Source: Vitiosangium sp. GDMCC 1.1324 (GTDB taxonomy: Bacteria > Myxococcota > Myxococcia > Myxococcales > Myxococcaceae). Taken from it: DNA of 64,000 nucleotides. The translations under genes and the position numbers were made by a program. Below, in pieces: positions 31,527 to 41,500 of the stretch (positions are counted from its first letter, which is position 1; each line of letters begins with the position of its first letter). The DNA lies in assembly GCF_003044305.1 (NCBI RefSeq), contig NZ_PZOX01000005.1, positions 323,493 to 387,492 on the forward strand, read 5' to 3'. Below the pieces are notes generated by a model. That model was not told where the DNA came from and made no database searches. It saw only the letters and a list, made by a program, of their open reading frames with translations.

Positions 31527-31931
31527 ATGTCAGATGTGCTCACTCAGATGTGGCGGGAGATCGTCGAACGCCCCGATGGGCCGATGGCATTCCGCTTCTA
31601 CTTTCAACCGCTGATGGCGCTGCTGTTCGCCGTGCGCGACGGCATCAAGGACGCGCACGAGGGACGGCCCGCCTACTTCTGGGCGCTCTTCACGGACAAG
31701 CCGCACCGTCGCGAGTTGCTGCGCTCTGGCTGGAGCTCGGTCGGCAAGATCTTCATCCTCGCGGTGGTGCTCGACACGGTCTATCAACTCCTCGTGTTCA
31801 AGGGGCTACGGCCACTCCAGGGACTGATCGTGGCCGTGCTCCTGGCGCTCGTGCCGTACGTGCTGCTCCGAGGCCCGGTGAACCGGATCGCCCGCGGCCT
31901 CCTCCACCGCCGTGCCAGCCGGCAAGGATGA
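31527..31931 (+). CDS. small membrane protein (134 aa)
   Basis: AGAGG ribosome-binding site. Two hydrophobic helices (FQPLMALLFAV, IFILAVVLDTVYQLLVF..LIVAVLLALVPYVLL). Confidence 0.5.
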   Translation: MSDVLTQMWREIVERPDGPMAFRFYFQPLMALLFAVRDGIKDAHEGRPAYFWALFTDKPHRRELLRSGWSSVGKIFILAVVLDTVYQLLVFKGLRPLQGLIVAVLLALVPYVLLRGPVNRIARGLLHRRASRQG

Positions 31932-32146
31932 GCGGTGTCGGGGTGGTGATAGGTCCACCCTCGAACAAGGCGCGGACCCCGGGCCGTACTGCACATCCCG
32001 CTCTCATGCCAGGCAGGGAGCCGAGGGGATACACGCTCCCGTCCGGAGCCGGATGCGCCGTCCTGGCACCAACCCTCCTCCCGCCCTCGCGGTCTGATGG
32101 GAGTACCGCTCACCCGATACATACCCTCGACGCCAGGAGGAGCGAG

Positions 32147-32863
32147 ATGCGATTCATTTCCATGAGGACCGTGGGGCTGCTGGTGGCGTTCGCAGGCGCC
32201 TGCCCCGCCCTGGCGGCCGAACCCGACATTCCCGCGAGCTTCGTCACCGAGAACGAGCAGGATTCGCTCGTACCGCACGTGGGCTTCAACATCGGAGCCG
32301 GCGTGAGCTTCCCGCTCGCCGACTCGGGCAAGCGCTTCGAGACGGGCGGCGCCTTCCAGCTCGGAGTGACGTACAACTTCAACCGGCTTCTGGGCGTGCA
32401 GGCCGAGTACCTCTACAGCGGCTACAACATCCAGTCCAACGTGCTGGACTCGACAGGCGTCAACGGCTACCACTCCATGCAGTACGGGGACCTCAACGCC
32501 GTCTTCAACGTGATCCCCGCCCGCCCCTTCGGCATCTACGTGCTGGGCGGGCCCGGCATCTACCATCGGCGGGTGGAAATCACCGAGTTCGCGGGGGTGG
32601 CCGCGGTGCCGTACTGCGACCCCTGGCTGTACATCTGCTACACCACGCCCGTGTCGGTCGAGTCCGTGCTCGGCGCGCGGAGCAGGACGGACTTCGGGCT
32701 CAACGCGGGCGTCGGCATCAGCCTGAGGCTCTTCGGAGGCCCCATGCGCCTCTACGCGGAAGCCCGCTACCACTACATCTTCAGCGGCGACATCGATACG
32801 GCGGCGGGCCCGAAGAAAGCGAATGGTCAGTACATTCCCCTCGTGTTCGGGTTGCGCCTCTGA
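32147..32863 (+). CDS. outer-membrane beta-barrel protein (OMP_b-brl/OmpA-like porin family)
   Basis: AGGAGGAG ribosome-binding site. Signal peptide (MRFISMRTVGLLVAFAGACPALAA). Beta-strand pattern. The terminal residue is Leu (ends ...PLVFGLRL) rather than the Phe/Trp typical of OMPs, which lowers confidence in the beta-barrel call. The ORF-track upstream extension was rejected. Confidence 0.65.
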   Translation: MRFISMRTVGLLVAFAGACPALAAEPDIPASFVTENEQDSLVPHVGFNIGAGVSFPLADSGKRFETGGAFQLGVTYNFNRLLGVQAEYLYSGYNIQSNVLDSTGVNGYHSMQYGDLNAVFNVIPARPFGIYVLGGPGIYHRRVEITEFAGVAAVPYCDPWLYICYTTPVSVESVLGARSRTDFGLNAGVGISLRLFGGPMRLYAEARYHYIFSGDIDTAAGPKKANGQYIPLVFGLRL

Positions 32864-32918
32864 GGCCCGCGTCAGGCGCGGCCGCCCGTGTCTCATGACG
32901 GGCGGCCTCATCTCGCCC

Positions 32919-34628
32919 TTAGACGTGAGCCTGCTGGAAGCGGGCGATGGCCTGCTCGACCTGATCGGCGAAGTGATGGAGCACCTCGCCGATGTTCGTG
33001 GTCGCGCCCTCCTCCTCTTCCTCGCGCTGCGCCTTCATCTTCGCTGACTTCTCCTTCATCTTCTCGCGCACCCTGTCCTTGAGGGGCCCGATGCTGAGAC
33101 TGCCGGGCGCCTGGCTCGGTGGATAGTCGATGAGGCTCTCGGCGAACTGCCGGACGAGCACCTGCCCTGGCACGAAGAGGAACATCCGTTCGCCATACCA
33201 GCTGGTGTACTGCCCCGAGTGCGTGGCGTATTCGAACGGGTCGGAGCGCAGGTTGATGATGTAGGGCCATGCGGGGTTGAAGCGCTTGCCGCTGAACCAC
33301 ATGTCCGGCCCTTCGCCGTCCTGATAGGAGAAGATGAGCTTCCAGTCGTCGTAGCGGACGGCGGCGAGGTTGCCGCTGTCGAGCACGTAGATGTACTCAT
33401 GACGCTTGCCGGGCCCCTGGCCCGCGAGCAGCTCGCGCTGGTCGTACCCGTCCAGGTACACGCGGAACTTCTTCTGGCCCACCTGGAAGCCCGTCTTGCA
33501 CCGCTCGACCAGATCCTCGGGGCCTCCCGCGGCCGCCACGAGGGTCGGCATCCAGTCCTCGTGGGAGAAGATGTCATTGATGATGGTGCCCGGCTGGATG
33601 ATGCCCGGCCAGCGCATCACACAGGGCACACGGACACCGCCCTCCCAGGTGGAGCCCTTCTCGCCCCGGAACGGCGCGTTGCCACCGTCGGGCCAGCCCA
33701 TCTTCTCCACGCCATTGTCGGTGGAGAAGACGACGAGGGTGTTGTCCGCGATGCCCAGCTCCTCGAGCTTGGCGAGCAGGGCGCCCACGATGTCGTCGAG
33801 CTGGGTCATGGCGTCTGCGTAGAGGCCCTTGCCCGTCTTGTCCTTGTATTTGTCGCTGAGGTACGTCCACACGTGGGTGCGCGTGGTGTTGTGCCAGACG
33901 AAGAAGGGCTTGCCCTCCTTCGCCGCCCGCTCGATGAACTTCAGCGAGGAGTCCAAGAACTCGTCGTCCACCGTCTCCATGCGCTTCCGCGTGAGGGGCC
34001 CGGTGTCCTCGATGCGCTGCTTGCCCACGCGACCCCAGCGCGGATCCTCGGTCGGATCGTCCCGGTCCGTCGCCCAGCAGTGGAGCACGCCCCGCGGCCC
34101 GAACCGCTCCTTGAACTTCGGATCCTTCGGGTAGTCGGGGCACTCCGGCTCGTTCTCGGCGTTGAGGTGGTAGAGATTGCCGTGGAATTCATCAAAGCCG
34201 TGCACGGTGGGCAGATAGGGATTGGAGTCGCCCAGGTGGTTCTTGCCGAACTGGCCACACACGTAACCCAGGGGCTTGAGCATCTCGGCGATGGTGGGGT
34301 CCGAGTCCTGCAGTCCGTACTTGGCGCCGGGCATGCCGATGGTGGTGAGCCCCGTGCGCAGCGGGTTCATGCCGGTGATGAAGGCGGCGCGGCCCGCCGT
34401 GCAGCTCTGCTGCCCGTAGCAGTCGGTGAGCAGCGCCCCCTCCTTCGCGATGCGGTCGATGTTCGGGGTGCGGTAGCCCATCATGCCCTGGTTGTAGGCG
34501 CTGATGTTCCAGTACCCGATGTCATCTCCCCAGATGACGAGGATGTTGGGCTGCCGCTGCTCGCCCTTCTTCTCGTGGCCATTGCCCGTTTTCGAGTGGC
34601 CGTTGCCCGTCTTCTTGCCCTGCGGCAT
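32919..34628 (-). CDS. Cys-type sulfatase paralog (CTAGR motif) with an N-terminal KTGNGH tandem repeat and a charged C-terminal tail
   Basis: Strong GAGGAAGGAG ribosome-binding site. About 75% identical to the 29950..31425 product over the catalytic core. Opens MPQGKKTGNGHSKTGNGHEKKGEQ. C-terminal tail ...KMKEKSAKMKAQREEEEEG... Confidence 0.85.
   Translation of the reverse strand: MPQGKKTGNGHSKTGNGHEKKGEQRQPNILVIWGDDIGYWNISAYNQGMMGYRTPNIDRIAKEGALLTDCYGQQSCTAGRAAFITGMNPLRTGLTTIGMPGAKYGLQDSDPTIAEMLKPLGYVCGQFGKNHLGDSNPYLPTVHGFDEFHGNLYHLNAENEPECPDYPKDPKFKERFGPRGVLHCWATDRDDPTEDPRWGRVGKQRIEDTGPLTRKRMETVDDEFLDSSLKFIERAAKEGKPFFVWHNTTRTHVWTYLSDKYKDKTGKGLYADAMTQLDDIVGALLAKLEELGIADNTLVVFSTDNGVEKMGWPDGGNAPFRGEKGSTWEGGVRVPCVMRWPGIIQPGTIINDIFSHEDWMPTLVAAAGGPEDLVERCKTGFQVGQKKFRVYLDGYDQRELLAGQGPGKRHEYIYVLDSGNLAAVRYDDWKLIFSYQDGEGPDMWFSGKRFNPAWPYIINLRSDPFEYATHSGQYTSWYGERMFLFVPGQVLVRQFAESLIDYPPSQAPGSLSIGPLKDRVREKMKEKSAKMKAQREEEEEGATTNIGEVLHHFADQVEQAIARFQQAHV
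34575..34613 (-). repeat. in-frame 18-nt tandem repeat encoding KTGNGH x2 at the sulfatase N-terminus
   Basis: DNA GTGGCCATTGCCCGTTTT / GAGTGGCCGTTGCCCGTCTT. Confidence 0.6.
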
Positions 34629-34920
34629 GTGCAGACTCCTTCCTCATGGGGACGACCGTCTCCGGTTACTTCGCGCCGGGCACTGGTGCCCGGGGATGTG
34701 TCCTCCGGAACAATCCGTGCGCATCCCGGCCGACACAGGGCAACGAGGTGGCGAGCGGCGGCATGGCGATGCCCGTGTCCTGTCCTCCGGGGAGGGACGG
34801 GCGGCGGCTCATGAACACGTGCCCCGGCCTGGAGTCCCGGGTGGCCCCGCTCCGGACGCTCCCCAGCTTGCGCCTGGGTAGGGAGCGCGAGTGCTCCACC
34901 CGGAAGAAGGGAGCGCACCC

Positions 34921-35931
34921 ATGAGCACGGAAGACATTGGAGTGTCAGCGAGCCTGGAGACCCGGCCCCAGGAGCAACCCGCTCCGTGCAAGGCTCCGTT
35001 CCCGGACATGGTGTGGATTCCCGGCGGCACCTATTGGATGGGCTCGGATCACCACTACCCCGAGGAGAGGCCCGCCCATCAGGTGACGGTGTCTGGCTTC
35101 TGGATGGACATCCATCTGGTGACGAACTCGCGCTTCGCCTGCTTCGTGGAGGCCACCGGCTACATCACCGTGGCCGAGCGCCCACTGGACGCCAAGGATT
35201 ATCCGGGAGCGGACCCCGCAATGCTCGTCCCCGGCTCGCTCGTCTTCCGCAAGCCCGAGCAGCGCGTCAGCCTCGACGACTTCTCGCAGTGGTGGGCCTA
35301 TGTGCCGGGCACCTGCTGGAGGCACCCCGAGGGCCCCGGCAGCACCTGGGAGGGACGCGAGCAGCACCCGGCCGTCCACGTGGCCTTCGAGGACGTGGAG
35401 GCCTATGCCACCTGGGCCGGCAAGGAGCTGCCCACCGAGGCCGAGTGGGAGCGCGCCGCGCGCGGAGGCCTGGACCGCAAGAGCTACGCCTGGGGAGACC
35501 TGCTCTCGCCCGAGGGCCGGATGATGGCCAACACCTGGCAGGGACAGTTCCCCATGCAGAACCTGCTCGAGGACGGCTACGAGGGCACATCCCCCGTGGG
35601 CACCTTCCCCGCCAACGGCTACGGCCTCTTCGACATGATCGGCAACGTCTGGGAATGGACCACGGACTGGTACCAGGACCGGCACCAGGGCAACCGGGGC
35701 AAGGCGTGCTGCATCCCGGTGAACCCGCACGGGCCGGCCAGTCCGGAAGGAACCCAGGACCCTCTGACGCCCCAGGTGATGATTCCGCGCCGCGTGCTCA
35801 AGGGCGGCAGCCACCTGTGCGCGCCCAACTACTGCCAGCGCTACCGCCCCGCCGCGCGCTCCCCGCAAGCGGTGGACAGCGGAGCCGGTCATCTCGGCTT
35901 CCGCTGCATCGTCCGTCCTCCCTTCCAGTGA
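34921..35931 (+). CDS. formylglycine-generating enzyme (FGE/SUMF1-type sulfatase-modifying factor)
   Basis: MVWIPGGTYWMGSD...GNVWEWT...RVLKGGSHLCAPNYCQRYRPAAR is the classic FGE signature. No signal peptide. An alternative GTG lies at 34891. Confidence 0.9.
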   Translation: MSTEDIGVSASLETRPQEQPAPCKAPFPDMVWIPGGTYWMGSDHHYPEERPAHQVTVSGFWMDIHLVTNSRFACFVEATGYITVAERPLDAKDYPGADPAMLVPGSLVFRKPEQRVSLDDFSQWWAYVPGTCWRHPEGPGSTWEGREQHPAVHVAFEDVEAYATWAGKELPTEAEWERAARGGLDRKSYAWGDLLSPEGRMMANTWQGQFPMQNLLEDGYEGTSPVGTFPANGYGLFDMIGNVWEWTTDWYQDRHQGNRGKACCIPVNPHGPASPEGTQDPLTPQVMIPRRVLKGGSHLCAPNYCQRYRPAARSPQAVDSGAGHLGFRCIVRPPFQ

Positions 35932-35950
35932 GCCGCACGGAGGAAACCCC

Positions 35951-36721
35951 TCAGGAGGGGGTATCCACCGGGCGCCGGGTGGCCAGCCGCTCGGCCCGCT
36001 CGCTCTCCAGGGCCCGCTCGGCACCGGTGGCGGTGATGGCCGCCGAGGGGCGATGCACCGTGCGGTACACGGCCGCCGCCGTGGCCCCGCCCAGCAGGGG
36101 CGCCACGATGAACACCCAGAGCTGGCTCAACGCCCAGCCTCCCACGAACAGCGCCGGCCCCAGGCTGCGCGCTGGATTGACGGAGGTGTTGGTGATGGGA
36201 ATGCCCACCAGGTGCACGAGCGTCAGCACCAGGCCGATCGCCACTCCGGCGAACCCCACGGGAGCGCGGGCGTCGGTGGCGCCCAGCACCGTCAGCACCA
36301 GGAAGAAGGTGAGGACCACCTCGGCCAGGAAGGCCGCGCCAATGCTGTACCCTTCCGGCGAGTGGGCCCCGAAACCGTTGGCCGCCAGCCCCTGGGAGGC
36401 CGCCGAGTAGCCCTCCGGCGCGCCCTTGGCCAGCAGCAGCACCACGCCCGCGCCCACGATGCCCCCCACGCACTGGGCCACCACGTACCCCAGGGCGTAG
36501 CGGCGCTCCATCTTCCCGCTGAGGAGCAGGCCGAGCGTCACCGCGGGATTCAGGTGACAGCCCGAGATGGGACCGATGGCGTACACCATCGCGAGGAGCG
36601 CTAGCCCGAAGGCGAAGGCCACCCCGAGGAAGCCAATCCGCGCCCCCGCGAACACGGCGGCGCCCACGCCACCGACCACCAGGGCGAACGTGCCGACGAA
36701 CTCCGCCCCGTAGCGCCGCAT
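35951..36721 (-). CDS. aqpZ: aquaporin (MIP family, AqpZ-like) with an extended C-terminal tail
   Basis: Two NPA boxes (HLNPAVT, NTSVNPAR). Start at MRRYGAEFVGTF. Confidence 0.85.
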   Translation of the reverse strand: MRRYGAEFVGTFALVVGGVGAAVFAGARIGFLGVAFAFGLALLAMVYAIGPISGCHLNPAVTLGLLLSGKMERRYALGYVVAQCVGGIVGAGVVLLLAKGAPEGYSAASQGLAANGFGAHSPEGYSIGAAFLAEVVLTFFLVLTVLGATDARAPVGFAGVAIGLVLTLVHLVGIPITNTSVNPARSLGPALFVGGWALSQLWVFIVAPLLGGATAAAVYRTVHRPSAAITATGAERALESERAERLATRRPVDTPS

Positions 36722-37048
36722 CGCCTCCGTTCCACCGGAGGGAGCTGCAGACCTCACCTCGACCTTGTCCATGGTCAGCCTCACCAGGCGGGAGCCCGGA
36801 CTCATATCCGGTTCCCACCAAACGGGTCTCACGGGTCACGCTGTGCACGGTGCTTCACGAAGCAATCACCCAGGCAACGCACTCCCCCGCGCCTGCTGGG
36901 TCCGCGGATGGGGTACTCCCAGCGGGGCGGTCTTCCGCTCGGCGCCCACCCTGAGCCCCGCCGCCGGCCGCACTCCGACGATCTGCGCGTAGGCGAGCCC
37001 CTGGGGAATGAGCATCGCGCTGATGAATTCCTTCGGGGCTGTCAGTCC

Positions 37049-37393
37049 TCACATGGGCGTCGGGACGTACACGAGGTTGGGGCCGTCGTAGCTCGGCCGG
37101 TAATAGGTGGTCCCGCACTTCTGGTACACGACGCCCGCGTTGACGACCTCGACGCAGCCAGCGGGCAGCGTGGACACCACCGCTGCCGTCCCTACCGCGG
37201 CCGCTGTTCCCACTGCGGCGGCGGTCCCCACGGCCGCTGCCGTGGCTGCTCCCGCATAGGCCACTCGCCGGGTGGTGCGGCGGGCCACCCCCGCATAGCT
37301 CATGGGCGTCGCGGGCATGCCAATCACGGCCAGCGCCTCGCCCGCGACGAGCACGAGCGCAAGCGAGAGGGCGGAAAGGTGAGCACGTTTCAT
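37049..37393 (-). CDS. small secreted protein with (AAAVGT)x3 repeats and a C-terminal two-Cys module
   Basis: AAGGAGG ribosome-binding site. Start codon overlaps the upstream stop (ATGA). Signal peptide (MKRAHLSALSLALVLVAGEALA). Contains CVEVVNAGVVYQKC. Confidence 0.6.
   Translation of the reverse strand: MKRAHLSALSLALVLVAGEALAVIGMPATPMSYAGVARRTTRRVAYAGAATAAAVGTAAAVGTAAAVGTAAVVSTLPAGCVEVVNAGVVYQKCGTTYYRPSYDGPNLVYVPTPM
37172..37250 (-). repeat. 18-nt tandem repeats encoding AAAVGT x3
   Basis: GCCGCTGCCGTCCCTACCGCGGCCGCTGTTCCCACTGCGGCGGCGGTCCCCACGGCC... Confidence 0.55.
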
Positions 37394-38229
37394 TTCTTGC
37401 CTCCTTGGGTCTCCGGTACGGCCGACTTCACCGTGAGGAAGTCGATGCGCTTGGCGTCTCGGGGCGGAACGAAGTGGAACACCTCGTCGGGGAGCCTGGG
37501 CGAGAAGTTCCACTGCGTGAGCTCGACCGAGAACTCGGGTGAGCCTTGAACCTTCTTCGAGGTGATCACGAACTTGCGCGGCGCGGGCTTGGGCCCGTCC
37601 TCGATCCAGATCTGCCAGTCGGTCTCGTTTCCACGAAACGCCAGGTGGTGGCAGGGAACACCGCGGACGGAGCTCATTCCCAGGTCGGTCCCCGAAACGA
37701 CGTCCTCCATCAGGACCTCATAGGGATTGCTGTAGAGCAGATCCGCCCCGGGCGCCTCGATCCCCAGCTTCTCGCGCGCGGCATCGATCGCCTCGTCGAG
37801 GTTGGGCGGGGCATCCGTGGTCGCGTAGTAGTGTCTGTACTTCCCGAACAAGGTGAAGCTGCGTCCGTCGTAATAGAACTCCGCGTCCACCTTCTCTCCG
37901 CGCCGGTCGCTCCTGAGCATGTTGGGCCGCCTGACCCGAACGGTGCTCGAGTGCTCGAACTCCACCTTCTCTCCCGACTGGAGCACGACCTCCATCGAGC
38001 CGTCCGCCTCGACACTGAACTCCTGCTGGCTGGCGAGGAAGTCGCTCATCCCCTTGAGCAGCGAGCGAGCCTTGGGATCGACGTCAGGCTTCTGGGCGTT
38101 TTCTGCCTCCGGGGATGCTGCCCAGAGAGTTCCGCCAGCAAGCGCGGCGAGCACTGCGATTGGCCCGACCCACCGCCGCAGGACTGTGGCGGTTCCAAGG
38201 TGCTGCCCCCGTGGCACTGGCTTCCCCAT
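37390..38229 (-). CDS. DUF2092-family periplasmic protein (LolA-like fold predicted)
   Basis: Start at MGKPVPRG after GGAGG. Signal/TM (VGPIAVLAALAGGTLWAA). Conserved DUF2092 blocks (FYYDGRSFTLFGKY, LDEAIDAAREKLGIEAPGADLLYSNPYE, VPCHHLAFRGNETDWQIWIEDGPKPAPRKFVITSK). Confidence 0.75.
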   Translation of the reverse strand: MGKPVPRGQHLGTATVLRRWVGPIAVLAALAGGTLWAASPEAENAQKPDVDPKARSLLKGMSDFLASQQEFSVEADGSMEVVLQSGEKVEFEHSSTVRVRRPNMLRSDRRGEKVDAEFYYDGRSFTLFGKYRHYYATTDAPPNLDEAIDAAREKLGIEAPGADLLYSNPYEVLMEDVVSGTDLGMSSVRGVPCHHLAFRGNETDWQIWIEDGPKPAPRKFVITSKKVQGSPEFSVELTQWNFSPRLPDEVFHFVPPRDAKRIDFLTVKSAVPETQGGKK

Positions 38230-38517
38230 CTTCGCCTCCGGCCGCGACCAACGGAGCCCCGGGTGGGAGGGGCCGTGGATTCGCGGACTGTGGAGAATCT
38301 GATGAGCACCCGATCGAGAAACAACCGCGGCTCCTCCACCCGCTCTCGGCCAGGCGGAACGCCCGCACAGCAGTTCGCCGCCCTGCCGATGAGGCCAAGG
38401 CATTCCCAAGCGAACGAGAGTCTGAGCTCGAAGGTCTGGACGGTGTCGCTGCCGCCGGGCATCCGAGCGGCGCGTACTCCAGGGCGGGGCAGGCGCGGAA
38501 CCAGCCAGGCGCGAAGT

Positions 38518-38540
38518 GGGAGCCCGGAAGCCGGGCTCCC
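38518..38540 (-). terminator. palindromic hairpin GGGAGCCCGG-AAG-CCGGGCTCCC just downstream of the smc stop
   Basis: Perfect 10-bp stem about 30 nt after the smc stop on the minus strand. Confidence 0.45.
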
Positions 38541-38568
38541 GTCCCCTCCCGGAGGAGAGGGGTAGCGG

Positions 38569-41500
38569 CTACGCCGCGGTGACGTTGTCGTTGGCGGCCT
38601 TGGCCTCGCGCAGCTTCACGCTCACCAGCTTGGAGATGCCGGGCTCTTCCATCGTCACGCCGTACAGCGTGTCCGCCACTTCCATGGTCCGCTTGTTGTG
38701 GGTGATGAGGATGAACTGCGACTGCTTGCTCATCTCCTTCACCATGTCGTTGTAGCGGCCCACGTTGCCCTCATCCAGCGGCGCGTCGACCTCGTCCAGG
38801 AGGCAGAAGGGCGTGGGCTTGATGAGGAAGATGGCGAAGATGAGCGCCACGGCCGTCAGCGCCTTCTCGCCGCCGGACAGCAGGTTCATGCTCTGCAGCT
38901 TCTTGCCAGGGGGCTGCGCGACGATCTCCACGCCCGGCTCCCCGCCCTGCCCCTCGTTCGTCAGCACCAGGCTGGCGCGCCCGCCGCCGAACAGCCGCGG
39001 GAAGATGGCCTGGAACTTCTCGTTGACGATCTCGAACGTCTGCTTGAAGCGCTCGCGGCTCGTCGCGTCGATGCGCCGAATGGCCTCCTGCAGCTTCTCC
39101 ACCGACTCCGCCAGGTCCTTCTTCTGCGTGAGCAGGAACTCCGAGCGCTTGGACAGATCCGTGTGCTCGTCGATGGCGGTGAGGTTGATCTCCCCCATCT
39201 TCTCCACCTGCGCGCGCAGGTCCTTCAGCTCCTGCTCCGCCTCCGCGCTCAGCGACGGCAGCATGTGGTAGCGGTGGACCTCCTCGCTCAGCTCCGTCGC
39301 GTGCCGCTCGCGGATGCCCGCCACCAGGTGCTCCAGCTCGAGGGCGATCTCCCGCTCGCGCAGGGTGATCTGCGACAGGCCCTGGGTGAGACCTTCCAGC
39401 TTCGTGCGCAGCTCGCGGAACACGTTGTCCTGCTCGCGCACCCCGGCCGAGGCCGCGCCATGGGCCATGCGCCGGGCATCCAGGCCCTCGGACACACCGC
39501 GCAGCTCCTCGGCCTTCTTGCCGCGCTCCTCCTGCGTCTCGGAGATGCGGCGCTGCAGCTCCTCCACCCGCGAGGCGCCCTCGCGCACCGTGGACTCCAG
39601 CTTGCGCACCCGGCCCGCCATCTCCTCCTTCTGGGCCAGCAGGCTCTCCAGCTCCTTGCGAGCCGACTCGCCGCGCTCGCCGCCGGCGGCCACCTTCACC
39701 TTCAGGCTGGTGAGGTTGCTCGTGGCCGTCTCGCCCCGCTGCTTGAGCGACTCCAGCTCGCCCACCAGCTGCTTCACGCGCTCCTCGCGGCCCTCGCGGT
39801 CCGTCTGGCCGTGCGCCACCTCGCCCCGGCTGTTCTCCTCCTCGTGCGCCAGGCCGTCGTACATCTGCGTGAGGTGGGACTCGTCGGCGTCCAGCGCGCG
39901 CAGACGGTCGCGCACCCGCGCCAGGTCCTCGCTCGCCTTGTGCAGGTCCTTCTCCTGGCTGGCAAGGCTCAGCTCCTCGGCGTGCTGGTTCTTCGCCAGC
40001 CCCTTGAGGACGTCCTCCGTGTCCCCCATCTGCTTCTGCAGGGTGTAGTGCCGGGTGAGGATCTCGTTGTAGCGCTCCTCCACCCGGGCCACCTCGGTGG
40101 CCAGCTCGGCGATCTCGCGCTTCTTCTGCAGGGCACCCACCGCGGCGCCCTCGCGCTCGCCGCCGGTGATGGTGCCATCCGGACGGAACACCTCACCGTC
40201 CAGGGTGACGAGCGTGCATGCATTGCCCTCGGCGTCCGCGTAGGACTTCGCGGCGGCCAGGTCCTCCACGATGACCACATCCCCGAGCAGCAGCCGCACC
40301 ACCGGCTGGAGCGACTCCTCGCACGTCACCTCGTCGAGTGCGCGGGCCAGCACCCCGGAGCGGGCCATGTCCGGCTGCACCGCGGAGGGAACGCGCTCGG
40401 GAGGAGGCACCGGCAGGAAGCTGCCCCGGCCCTCGGCGGCGTCCCGGAGGTACTCCACCAGCTCCACGCCTTTGTCGCGGCTCTCCACGACGACGTGCTG
40501 CAGGCGCTCGCCCAGCACGGCCTCCACGGCGCGCTCGAAGCGAGGCGTGGTGGAGATGACGTCCGCGACGAGGCCGAAGATGCCCTGGGTCCGGGCGTCG
40601 TCACCGGCGCGCACCATCACCGCGCGCACGCCCTTGTCGAAGCCCTCGTAGTCCTTCTGCAGCGCCTCGAGCGAGGCGAGCCGGCTGCGCTTGTCGCTCA
40701 GCTCCTCGCGCAGGCCGATGACCTGGACCTCGTTCTCCATGAAGGCCTGACGCGTGCGCATCAGAGCCTCCTCCTCGTGGCCCTTGCGCTCGGCGAGCTC
40801 CACGGACAGGTGGCGGCTCTCCTCCACCCGGCGAGCCACCTCCTGGCGCACGTCCTCGAGCTGCTTCTCCTGCTCGCGCAGCGCGTCCGCCTCGGTGCGG
40901 TTGCGCGAGCGCCGGGCCTCGAGGTCCGTCTTCTGGCGGGCCAGATTGACGAGGTTGCTCTCGTGGTTGGCCAGGCGGCTGGCCACGGTGACGAGCGCCG
41001 CGCGCTCCTGCTCCAGCCGCAGGGAGATCTCCGTCTGCAGCTGGCTCACCCGGCGCAGCTCCTCCTGCGCCACCTTCATGGCGACCTCGTCCTCCTTCCA
41101 CGAGCCGGCGATGTTGCTGAGCTCCGCCTCGCGGGAGGCCATGGTGTCGGCCACCTCGGACTGGCGGGCCAGGAGCGCGCTGAGCTCCGTGTCGGACTGG
41201 GCGACGCGGGCGCTCGTCTCCTCCAGGTCCTTGCGCCAGTAGGCCAGGTCCTGGTCCGCGCGCTGCACGGCGCTCTCCAGCGTGTGCACGTCGGCGGAGA
41301 GCTTCTGGAGCGCCTCGGCCTCGGCCTCCAGCTCGGTGCGGCGGTTGGCGATGACCACTTCCAGCTCGCGCAACTTCTCCAGGCCCTCGCGCTCCTCTGT
41401 GCTCACGCTGTCCAGCCGCGTCTGGAGCACCTTGGCTTCCGCGTGCAGCTCCAGGAAGCGGTGCGAGGCCGAGTGCAGCTCGATCTCCCGCATGCGCGTC

